NCBI RefSeq assembly: GCF_018977255.1
Contig: NW_024704743.1
Location: 3,660,001 to 3,724,000 of the forward strand
Direction of reading: 5' to 3'
Origin: Callorhinchus milii
Taxonomy: Eukaryota
Length of the DNA stretch: 64,000 bases
Position numbers and translations under genes: made by a program. This document shows positions 24,691-35,822 of this stretch, piece after piece (positions within the stretch are counted from its first letter, which is position 1; every line of letters begins with the position of its first letter). The notes beneath the pieces were generated by a model. That model was not told the origin of the DNA. It saw only the letters and a program-made list of their open reading frames with translations, and did not search any database.

Positions 24691-24909
24691 TTTTTTTTAA
24701 GCCCAGGAAGCCAAAATGACCAATGCCCGGTTCTTCTGTACGCCATAATATTACGGCAAGACAGCTCTTCTGTTTTGAAATCAGTTACCTTGAAGCGCTG
24801 TGACCGTTATTGTGAAGGCAAAAGAAAGGATTCCATCAGCTGGACATTATAATAGGTTGTTTCCACTTGTTGGTGAGTTCAAAAATAGAGGGCATAAATA
24901 TAAGACAAC

Positions 24910-25135
24910 CAATAGTAATAATAATAATAATCCTCGCATCTGATATAGTGCCTTATCACGTCTTCTAGACGTCACAAAGCGCTTCACAGAATATACTGTA
25001 AAGTGAATTGACTGTATATTTCGTGGGCGAAACGCGGCAGCCAATTGCGCACAGCAATGTCCCCACAAACAGTTGTGGATTGAGTGACCAATTTATTCTT
25101 TTTTTTTTGAAGGAATTATTACCCCCGGAAAAGCG
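24910..25135 (-). mobile_element. Young SINE, 3' two-thirds
   Basis: Matches family consensus from the tail to ggaattattacccccggaaaagcg. Confidence 0.9.
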
Positions 25136-25579
25136 AGTGCTGAGGGATCAACTGGAGTATAAACATTGGCACGGATTAGGTGGTCCAAATAGTCTAATTC
25201 TGTGACCTATCATTCGATTTAACTCTACCTAATTCTAGGTGAGGAACTTAATAGGCATCCTATTAGCTTTTAAGAGGGAATTTAATAACTATCGGAAAAA
25301 AAGGGGTGGGAAAAGGCCGGGAGAATGGGACAAAACAGGTAACAGAGAGCCAATACTGACAGGATGGCCAAATGTCCTCCTGCTATGTTGTAAATGTTTA
25401 CAGTTCTACTTTTCGGACATTGTTGTGCGAGATTGGCCTGCCGCATTCGGCCACAAAGCACACAGTCACTACATTTTGCAATATATCCTGCCATTGGGAC
25501 GTCCTCCTGACTCGAAAGGCATTGCATACCAAATGTAAACACTGTGTTATTGTTACTTGTTTCAGCCCATAAACAACAA

Positions 25580-26633
25580 CAATAACAAGATTACATTTGT
25601 AAAGCGCCTTTCATGTTGGGAGGACGTCCCAAGATGATGGACAGTGTACAGCATTTCAGACCCGAGCTGGGGTCAGGGGGGAGAAGGGAGGGGAGGGGAA
25701 GGGCAGTGGCCGATGGCATGGTCGAAGAGGAAGGTCTTGAGGCGGGACTTGAAGGAGGTTAAGGAGGGGGCGAGGCACAGTGATTGGGGGATGGAATTCC
25801 AGAGGTTGGGGGCAGAGTGGCTAAAGGCTCTCCCACCAATGGTGGGGCGGGTGGGTTGGGAGACGTGGAGCAGGACAGAGCCGGCTGAGTGGAGGGAGCG
25901 GCCGGGTTGGTAGGGGGTTAGGAAGTCGCAGAGATAGGGTGGGGCGAGGCCATGGAGGGCTTTGTAGGTGAGGACCAGGATCTTGAACTGGATCCTCTGA
26001 AGGATAGGGAGCCAATGGAGTCGGGCGAGAATGGGGGGAGATGGGGTCACAGAGTTTGGTGTAGGAGAGGACACGGCTGCAGAGTTCTGGATTATCTGCA
26101 GCTGTGGAGGGAGGAGTTGGGAAGGCCGACAAGCAGAGCGTTTGCATAGTTGAGCCTGGAGGGGATGAAGCCATGAACAAGAGTTTCAGCGCCTGAGGGG
26201 TGAGGTAGTGGCGGAGTCGGGTGATGTTACGGAGGTGAGGGAAGGCAGAGTGGGTCATGGCTTGGATGTGGGGGAGAAAAGACAGTTGAGGGTCGAACAA
26301 GACACCCAGGTTCCTGACTGGCTGGTGAGTTGGTGAGTTGAAGTGAGCAACCATGAAGGTTGATGCTGCCGGAGCCTGAGGTGCTGAGGCGCTGGTAATC
26401 AGGAGGGCCTCAGTCTTGTTCACATTCAACTGTAGAAAATTTGCCCTCATCCAGAACTTGATGTCCGACAGACAATCTGTCACGACAGCAGTGTTCCTGC
26501 AGTTGAGGGTGGAGGCAGAAAGATAGAGTTGGGTGTCATCCGCATACCTGTGGAAGTTGACCCCATGTCTGCGGTTGATGTCACCAAGGGGGAGCACGTA
26601 GATATGAAAGCGGAGAGGACCGAGGGCAGAGCA
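25580..26633 (-). mobile_element. L2 LINE, ~1.05 kb, 5'-truncated, frameshifted RT C-terminal half
   Basis: HGVNFHRYADDTQLYLS, NFLQLNVNKTE, LHWLPILQRIQFKIL; TSD ataaacaacaa at 25569-25579 and 26634-26644. Confidence 0.95.
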
Positions 26634-28500
26634 ATAAACAACAATGAATGCGAATTGAATCGGTGTTGGATGAATTTGAATGAGGGAGGAACGATGGACT
26701 GGACACTGGGAGATCTTCCTGCTCTACCTTAAAAGAGTGGCATGAAATCTGACCCACGGGAACAATCAAATCAAAACCTGTTTCAATGTCTTACTGAAAG
26801 ACAGCATCTCCGACACCACAGCACTTGCTCGCTGCTGCGCTTGTGAGATCAGCATTGAATACGAGCTTACAACCCTCTGATCTAAACTCGTAAGTGTTAC
26901 AAAGCTTGAGCGATGCTGACATAAAATAACCAGCTAACATCTCCTAACGTACAGTACTCTAATCTAAAGTACTTTGCGATAGAGGAACTGGAAGCCGGCA
27001 AAGCATGTGAAGCAGATTATCCATCAATCAGCTGAAGATCATAATGCCTCCATTTTTTGAATTTACATACTTTACAGTTTAATCATATTATTAAGCTTTC
27101 TGTGGCATATTCTGGGGCTTAGGGATACAGTTTGTCACTTTGCATTTCTGGAGTGCCTTACTCCATAAATGACACTCGCGTTAGGAACTGTTCCGTTCAT
27201 ATTTTTTTTCACGGTTGCTGAAATTTCAAAACAATTACGAGGTGCTAGAGTGAAATTAAGCCATAATAGGGTGTTAAGTACAGCTGCATTTGTTAAATTC
27301 TCCTTGGAGCCTGTATGTAACCTTTGGCTATCTGTGATTCAAAAGAAATGCAATCCTAAACACCAGCCTTAAAAAGTTTGCAGCTCGGAAGTAGGACAAG
27401 TGGTCCGTCCTATTGGGCTGGCGCGAGCTTCTCCACCAGAGTTTTTTACGCTAACCATAATCATCCTAATCATCTTGCATTTGATGCAGTACTTTATTGC
27501 ATTATCTCACAGTGCTTCACAAGATTTTACTGTAAGCTGCAGGGACTGTGTGTCCTTACAGTTTGTAAGTGAACGTGGCGGCCGATTTGCACACACTAAT
27601 GCCCTACAAACAGCCTGGAAGTGAATGATCAATTTATCGGGGTGCTGTGGGGGGAGGGGGGGGGGGGGGGGGTGGAGGGGTGTCCTTACAATTGTTGACC
27701 TATAAAGCACAGTCACTTTACTTTACAGTAAATCCTGTGAAGTCCTCTGAGATGTCCTCCTGATGTGAAAGGCGTTCTAACCACTGCAAGGAATATTAAA
27801 TATTTAAAAAAATTCCCCTTTTTTGTCCGTATCATAACAGCAGGAAAATGACCTATATATATATTATGAAATAAACAGACTGTTGCAGTAGACCTCAATG
27901 AAGTGTTTACTGTCACAAAAGACTTGGTTATGTGCGTGTCTTACCCCCAGTCTCTGTCTATCTTGAAATCAAGTTGTAAAATCTACCCCTTCGACCGCGC
28001 CTATTCACTATAATGGCACTAATTCAAAAAGAGAAGGGAGTTTCTCCCGGTGTGGTGGCCAAAACATCCCCTAAATAAAATTGGTCACTCACTTCAAGGA
28101 TGTTTGTGGAACATTGCTGCGCGCAAATTGCAGGCTGCGAGTTTGCCGACGAAACTCCACAGTCACTACATTTTACAGCGAATCCCGTGAAGCAGAACTA
28201 CATTGGAATACCAAGCCAGTTCAAAGTCTCGATATGGTGGTTTTCTTCCTCCCTCTCGATGGCTGGGGTTCAGGCTCCTCCACTGTTAAGCTCTCCGAGA
28301 TGCTGCCCCACGTGAAGGACGCGATACAAATGCAAGTTGTTGTTGTTGTTGGAACTGAGGGAAACTGTCCCGTGAATTGAAGAGTTTTCCCAAATCTTAA
28401 ATTTGAAAACAATGTTGTTTTTGGACAAAGAGAATGAGAAGGTTTTGTGCTCAGTGGTTCCTCACAGGGTTTGGAGTCAATGCTTGAATCATTCCGTCAT

Positions 28501-28740
28501 TCCTCCACGCGCCTGATAATAATCCCTCAAAGAAAAATGATGAATTGGTCACTTCAATCCACGACCGTTTGCGGGGACGCTGCTGTGCGCAATCGGCTGC
28601 CGCGTTTCGCCCACAAATATGCAGTCAATTCACTTTACAGTCTATTCTGTGAAGCGTTTTGAGACGTCGAGAAGACGTGAAAAGCGCTGTGTCAAATGCA
28701 AGGATTATTATTATTATTATTATTATTTATTATTATCATT
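28501..28740 (+). mobile_element. Young SINE, short-body variant
   Basis: ctccacgcgcctgataataatccctcaaag...gtcaaatgcaaggattattatt. Confidence 0.88.
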
Positions 28741-29180
28741 ATCAGGAAAGCATCTGCTATTCTGAAAATCGGGTTTCGCCCCATACATGTCAGTTAAAAT
28801 CTTACCCTTTTTTTTCTATCCGGAATCAAATGAACTGGGATCAATATCACAGAAGGGCCAACTCCTCTGGTGTGAAATCCATATATTGTAAATAGAAAAT
28901 GACGGTGAGTTTCAGCGTTAAGAAAAAAAAATTGGGTATAATTTTGCTGTCTGCAGAGCTGTGCTATTAAAATAAAATAGGTCGTTTGATGTGTGCTGTG
29001 CAATACATTAATTGAAACTAATAGCTTGTATGAGCATTCATATGCCATAACCGAGGCTGAATTTCGTTGCAAATTGAATCCTCTTTCAACAAAGTAGCTT
29101 CTGCTACTATCATACAAAGATATATGACTCCCCTCCTTGGGGAGGATGTTAAACGGGTATTGTTGGAGATGAGATGACTA

Positions 29181-29492
29181 TTAATAATAATAATAATAAC
29201 AATAATCCTTGCATTTGATGTAACGCTTTTCACGTCTTCTCAACGTCTCAAAGCGCTTCACAGGATAATAATAATAATAATAATCCTTGCATTTGATATA
29301 GCGCTTTTCACGTCGGGAGGACGTCCCAAAGCGCTTCACAGAACACACTGTAAAATGAATTGACTGCCTATTTGTGGGCGAAACGCGGCAGCCGATTGCG
29401 CACAGCAGCGTCCCCCACAAACAGTCGTGGATTGAAAATGGCCAATTTATTAATGTTTTGTTTTGGAGGGATTATTATTAAGCGTGTGGAGC
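29181..29492 (-). mobile_element. Young SINE, short-body variant with a tandem extra 3' tail
   Basis: Two successive (aat)n-ccttgcatttgat...aaagcgcttcacag units; 5' end ggattattattaagcgtgtggag. Confidence 0.85.
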
Positions 29493-30321
29493 AAAGAAAA
29501 ATAGTTGCTGACTTCAATCGGTGAACGTATAATAATAATAATCCTTGCATTCGATATAGCGTTTTATCACACCTTCGAGATGTGGTAAATTAATAAAGAT
29601 TGAGGTAACGTGGTTGGCAACGGATAGTTGGGATCCCTCTGTGGCTCTTTTGGTACAATACGGTACACATTTACATTTATACAGCACCTTTCATGTCAGG
29701 AGGACGGCCCACGGCCCCGTTTAGCGCCGGGGCTAAGGGGGTGAGCGGACGGGATGGGATGGGGTGGGGAAGGGGTGGGAGAGGAAAGATGACCGAAGGT
29801 GCGGTCAAAGAATTAGTCCTCGAAATGGACCTTGAACAAGGGTTGAGGGAGGGAGCGGGTTGGAGGGACTCCGGGATGGAGCTTGAGAGAATGGTGGCAG
29901 ATAGGCTGCCCAGATTGCCAATGTTTACGTGTTATAATTAACATGGAGCCTTTCATGTCAGGAGGATGACTGCAAAACTCTTCCTCAGGATTTCCTGTAA
30001 AGCGTTGTGACTGTATGTTTTTTTAGCAATGTTCCACGGAGCGGACATGAAGCGAAGGGCAGACTTTATTTGGGGGATTATTGGCCTGGAAACCGAGAAG
30101 AACTCCCTTCTCTTTTCGAATAGTGCCATGGGATCTTTAACATCTGATCCGAAGGACAGCACCTCTAACAATTCAAGGCTGACACACAAAATGTTATATG
30201 TGGAGATCCAAGCGGAACATAGTTGATGATTCAAGATGGACCTGGGGAAGCTACAGTTGTATCAAGGAGTTATATTGAACGGGATTTGGCAAGGTATTGA
30301 TGCTATGTGGTGGACAATTTG

Positions 30322-30686
30322 GTGTCCATAGTGTAGTGGTTAGAGCACTCGCCTCACGAGCGAGAGGACCTGGATTCGATTCCCGCCCGGAGAGGGGCGA
30401 AACCTTAGGTAGGTTTCCTTACTCCACACGTCTCGGTTTACCGAGCAGTAAGTAGGAACCAGGTTGTTAGTCGATTGGTGGATTGTTTTTCTAGGGGTAA
30501 TAATCCATTAAAGAATAATAATAATAATAATAATTTGGTTACTCAACCCACGACTGTTTGCGGGGACGCAATTGGCTGCCGCGTTTCGTCCACAAAATAC
30601 ACAGTTAATTCACTTTACAGTGTATTCTGCGAAGCGCTTTGAGACGTCTCGAAGATGTGATGAAGTGCTGCAAATGTAAGGATTAA
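30322..30686 (+). mobile_element. Young SINE, full length
   Basis: gtggttagagcactcgcctcacgagcgagaggacctggattcgattccc head to caaatgtaaggatta tail. Confidence 0.92.
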
Positions 30687-31484
30687 CTCGAGAGTTGAGA
30701 CAATAGATCAGATGATAGCAGCTATTACCTGCACACATCTCTGAAGATTCCTGAGCTTGGTGAACCGTGTAGCAAGTTCACACCGAACAGAGCAAGCAAA
30801 GGCACGCCAAAAGGCTTGTGTGGAAAAATCAGTCAAATAAATGATTCATTCATTACAGCGATCAATTATTTGTTTAATTGTTAGTTCTGTCACTAAATTA
30901 TTTATCTTTTGAGGCAAATATTTATTGATTGATCTTGTCAGCTACATTACTTGTTTATTGTGGCAAATAATTTATTAATTTTTTAATGATTGGTACTGAT
31001 GGTTGCATTATTTATTTATCGGGTGAATCAATTTATTATTTATTGTTACTGTCAGACAGACCTGCTGTCTGGCTCAGGCAATTATTTCACGATGTATTTT
31101 AGATCTCCTTTTCTCTCACAAGTCTTTTCTCCCTCCTTCACACTCTCATCATCTTTCTCTCCTCACATTTCCTCTCCCTCCTTTCCTCCCTCCCTCCCAC
31201 TCTCACACCATCACTATTCCTTCACACAAAAAATATTTGGTCACTTAATCCACGACTATTTGTGGGACGCTGCTGTGTGTAATTGGCTTCTGCGTTTCAC
31301 CCACAAAATGTACAGTCAAATCACTTTACAGTATATTCTATAAAGCGCTTTGAGACGTCTCGAAGACCTGATAAGGCTCTATATCAAATGCAAGGATTGT
31401 TATTATTATTTTTGGATGCCTGGTATCTGGGTGCACTTACCAACGTGATGTTCAGAGTAACTGAGGCAGAATTCTAGTTTGGAT

Positions 31485-31905
31485 GCTAAAGCTGACACTC
31501 CAATGCATGGCTTGGAGGAGTGCTGCAATATTGTAGGTGCTGTCTGTCAGGCGAGACATTAAACCAAGGTCCCGCCTGTCTGTTCAGGTGGACGTTGAAG
31601 GTCTCGCGGTACTGTTCAAAGAGAGAAACGAGTCTCCCCTGGTTCTTGACCGACAGTGCCTCAGGTAAGATTGGTCAATGCTGTGCGCAAATGGGTTGAA
31701 AGACCACGAGATCTTTAACATCCACCTGAATTAGGCAGACGGGACCTTGGTTTAAAGTCTTTCCCAAAGGACGGCACCTCCAACAATGCAGCACCATCCC
31801 AACACTGCTTTGGAACGTCAGCCGTGACCATTCGTTCAAAATTCGGATGTGGGCTTTGAACCCACAACCTTCTCACTCAGCAGCAAGATTGCTGCCAACT
31901 AAGCC
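31485..31905. mobile_element. Two old Deu SINE 5' halves in inverted orientation (+31485-31690, -31696-31905)
   Basis: ttaaaccaaggtcccg / cgggaccttggtttaa; caggtggacgtt / aacatccacctg. Confidence 0.75.
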
Positions 31906-31956
31906 ACCCCCGCTACCAGCTGGCAATAATCCTAATATGAGTGGGAACACATAATT

Positions 31957-32355
31957 AGTCCTGTAGCTCAGAGGTAAGAGCGCTCACCTCGCAATCGAGA
32001 GGACCTGGGTTTGATTCCCAGGCAGGGCGAACCTTTGGCCAGGTTTCCTTGCTCCACACGCCTCCGTTTACCTGGCAGGAATTAGGAGCCTGGTTGTTAG
32101 GCGATTGGTGGATCGTTTTTCTTGGGGTAGTAATCCCTTCCAAAAATAATAATAATAATAATTCGGTCACTCAATCCACGGCTGTTTGTGGGGACGCTGC
32201 TGTGCGCGATTGGCTGCCGCGTTTCGCCCACAAAATATACAGCCAATTCACTTTACAGTACAGTCTGTGAGGCGCTTTGAGAAGTCCTGAAGACGTGATA
32301 AGACGCTATATTAAATGGAAGGATTATTATGTTTTATTATTATTATTATTATTAT
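31957..32355 (+). mobile_element. Young SINE, full length
   Basis: agtcctgtagctcagagg head, complete body, (att)n tail. Confidence 0.93.
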
Positions 32356-33277
32356 CCACAAACTGGTTTTATTTCAGTATTTACTGGTTAAAATATGGAT
32401 AAGTAAAACATTGATTCCCCCACATAGAATAAAATAGATTTTGCAGCATGGAAACAGGCCATTCAACCCATCTAGTCTGTGTCAGTGTTTATATTCCACA
32501 TTAGTGTCCATCCCACCTGAACTCCTCTCCTATAACCCTCTATTGCCTTTTCCTTCATGTGTGTGCATCGAATTTCGTCAAACCGTTGTTTGCAAATGTA
32601 ATTTTATTGTTTTTTTCCATCAACATAGAGCTACTGGCAATGAATTTCACATCGACCCCACCTTCCGTCTGAACAAGTCGCTTCGAAACTCTCTTTCAGA
32701 TCTGCTAGTGGCTATCTTCTCTTTGTGTCAAGGTGAAAGTGCTGTTTCTACTGAATAAACATGGCTTTTGGAATCTTTAGATTTCCAAAAGGTTAAATGT
32801 AAAAAAGTGATTATTTCCTGGCATTTCCCTTCAATATACCTTAGAGCTTTGATAAGCACACACCCCGTATTCATTTGCTCGGGAACCTTTAAACTACGTG
32901 GGATTTGGTCTCGGTTGTATTTCACATATCGAGGAAATCACAAGTGTTTTCATTCAAGCTTCCCTTATTAAATTCTGAATCTACTCGCAGTGAGTTCAAT
33001 TTATTGAATGTCACGAGCAGGTTACCTGACCAAGGGTTGGATTAGGAAATTCATAGGACATGATCCCAGGGGGCTCAGAGGTTAATGTAGAATACCTGCT
33101 GTCACAGGGCGCAGGGGGCAGGTGTGGTGGAGGTGATTGCACCCAGTCCAGAGACAATCTATTTTATAAAGCAATCGGATTTGATTGTAAAAAATAGTAA
33201 GGCAATTCAACTCGTAAAAAGGAAATGTTTTTTCTTTCTGGAATACCAAGTTGCAATGATCATTCAACTCTTCACCA

Positions 33278-33530
33278 ATAATAATAATAATTATAATAAT
33301 AATAATAATAATAATCCTTGCATTTGATATAGCGCCTTATCACGTCTTCGCGACGTCTCAAAGCGCTTCACAGGATATACTGTAAAGTGGACTGCCTGTA
33401 TATTTTGTGGGCGAAACACGGCAGCCAAATGCGCACAGTGGCGTCCCCACAAACGGTCGTGGACTGAGTGACCAATTTTTTAAATTAATTGACTAACAAC
33501 CGGGTTCCTACGTACTGCCAGGTAAACGGA
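33278..33530 (-). mobile_element. Young SINE, 3' part with internal deletion
   Basis: (aat)n-ccttgcatttgatatagcgccttatcacgtcttcg...gactaacaaccgggttccta. Confidence 0.88.
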
Positions 33531-35611
33531 TGTGCAGATAGAATGGAATGAAACAATCCTAGGAATCTCTCGGTATTATTTCAGTGGATAAGTATCGGCA
33601 TTGAGTCCGAGCTTACAGAACATGTCCTGTCTGTCTTACGCCTTCGATTTTCGGCTGGTAAATAATATGTGATGTCTGCCACGACTGCGGTGGCTTCCAT
33701 CAGACAGCAGTTGAAGTGGTCGGAAAAGAGGATTAGGGGATTTTAAAATGAGCCCCACTTGTTGAAATGTTTAGCTCAATAAAAACCCACACTCACAATT
33801 TTCCTTCATTAGGACCCTGTCAAGATTATCTCCGACATCTTGAAAAAGCAGTTACTAGACTGACGAGGGAATATTCATTCAACGAAAAAGATTCAGGAAA
33901 CTTGTCCCAAAAGAAGAAAAAAAGAAAATATCCGAGGACTCTAATTCACGGCACAAGCAGTCAAAACGGTTTAACGTTTTCTCTCAACTTCTGTCCTTAT
34001 CACACAAATAACCTCCTTGTCATTTCTATAAAGATATTCCAATTTGACTGGTGTGGATTTTATTTATATACAGAGAGATGCTAAGAATAAGTTCAGCCTT
34101 GTAATACTGCAATGCTGGTCTTATTGAACTCCGGCTGACTTGTGTCAAAGCCTACAAGTGAAGATCAAAACAGGGGGAATGTTGCGTAGATCGCACTTTC
34201 AATGACTTATTATCATTCATAATAATCCTCCCCTTGCCGATAATGATCGCATCATTTAAAATTCCACCCGTGTAGCTATCCTAGTCAATGTCTTCCCTCC
34301 GCCCCAATTTAGTCAGAAAGGTTGGGCTCAAAGCTGGTATCATTGAACTTACTTGCCTCTGGAGTTTAGTTAATAGAAACATAGGAAAACAGGAACATTA
34401 GGGGACCATTCAAAACAAAAATTGGAACAGGAGGAGACCATTCAGCCCATCAAGCTTGTCGCACCAGTTTTTTAGATCTTGTCCGATCTTTTAATCCAAA
34501 TGCCCTTAATACCTCCACTACCCAAGTTTCTGGCCTTCTCTCTTTAAAACCCTCTTAAGATGGCACCGCGGAAACAGGTTCTGAATTCCTGAGGTTTTGC
34601 GGTTTCGGGTGTGAATACCTTCCCCGTGACGGGTGGGCGTAAAGTTCACTATTTGGGCAGCAGCATCAAGTTGGCTACTTCTTCGCTGCTGTTGTGCTTT
34701 GCTCTGTGGCTTTCCTGCTTGGAGTGCAAGCTGTTGTGATTTGTGTTGGATAGGATTAGTATCAGTTTGGCTCAGTTGCTTGTAATTTCGCCTCCAGGTC
34801 ACGAAATTATGTGTTCAAGGCTCATCTCGAGATCTGAGCTCATAATCTAGGTTGACATTCCAGTGCAAAACTAGGGGAGCAAATGAGAAGTTAAAGTGAG
34901 GAGCTGTCCGTTTGTTCAAGTGGATGTTAGATATGTTTCATTAGAATAATGTACCGGAAAACAATTCTCCAAACTAACTCTCCTCATTGCAGTTTTGCAT
35001 AACTTTACTGTGGTATAAACCGACTGCTGCATTTGCCTATAAATGGACACTCACTGCCCTTGGGGGTAATTGAGCCATTTCAACATTATACACTCTGCTT
35101 GTGGTGGAATAGTGCCGATATTATTGACCCTGTGTTATAGTGCTTCCACTGGTCATTAAGTGAACTGACTATATATTTTGTGGGCGAAACGCAGCAGCCA
35201 ATTGCGCATAGCCCTGCTCCGCAAACAGTCGTAGATTGATTGCCCAAACTATTATTTTTTGGAAGGGATTAGCGCCCCCGGGAAAGCAACAAAATAAATA
35301 ATAAAACTCCTCTGCTGATGTCGTCAGTGCCCACCCTCGAATGTAAAGCCATTGGAAAAAGAATGAGCGCTCAAAATGCCAGACAAAATTAAATGATGTC
35401 AAATTTGATTATTTTTCATCGTCAGAGCTCTGGCAGACCTTTAGATATGACTGTCTCTCTTTAGGATGAACGGATATCTTTTGTTTGTACCTACCTCTTG
35501 CTCATCGCTCTTTGCAAAGAGCTCCGAGCTTGTGGAGGGCTCCCACTGCCTGCTCAAACCACATCACCCACCACCTGGCTTTCAATCCATACCCGCGAAT
35601 ACATTTCTTAC

Positions 35612-35715
35612 CGGACCACCTCGTGATGAATGTACGGCTCACAGGTGGCGATCGAGGTTCTGTCAAGTCTGCTTCTCGCTTTCTGCGGCATTAAAACTCT
35701 CCTCTGTGGTTTCTC
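35612..35715 (-). other. Candidate exon of an unknown minus-strand transcript (104 nt)
   Basis: Acceptor tcttctcaattgcag| and donor ccg|gtaaga; one open frame EKPQRRVLMPQKARSRLDRTSIATCEPYIHHEVV, no recognised homolog. Confidence 0.25.
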
Positions 35716-35822
35716 CTGCAATTGAGAAGATTGTGTTCTGGCTTTTAAGATTTTAATGGCACTGTATTTGCAGCCGATGCTCATTCTCACGTCTAGACGG
35801 CAGCACAAAGTAAACGCATCAA

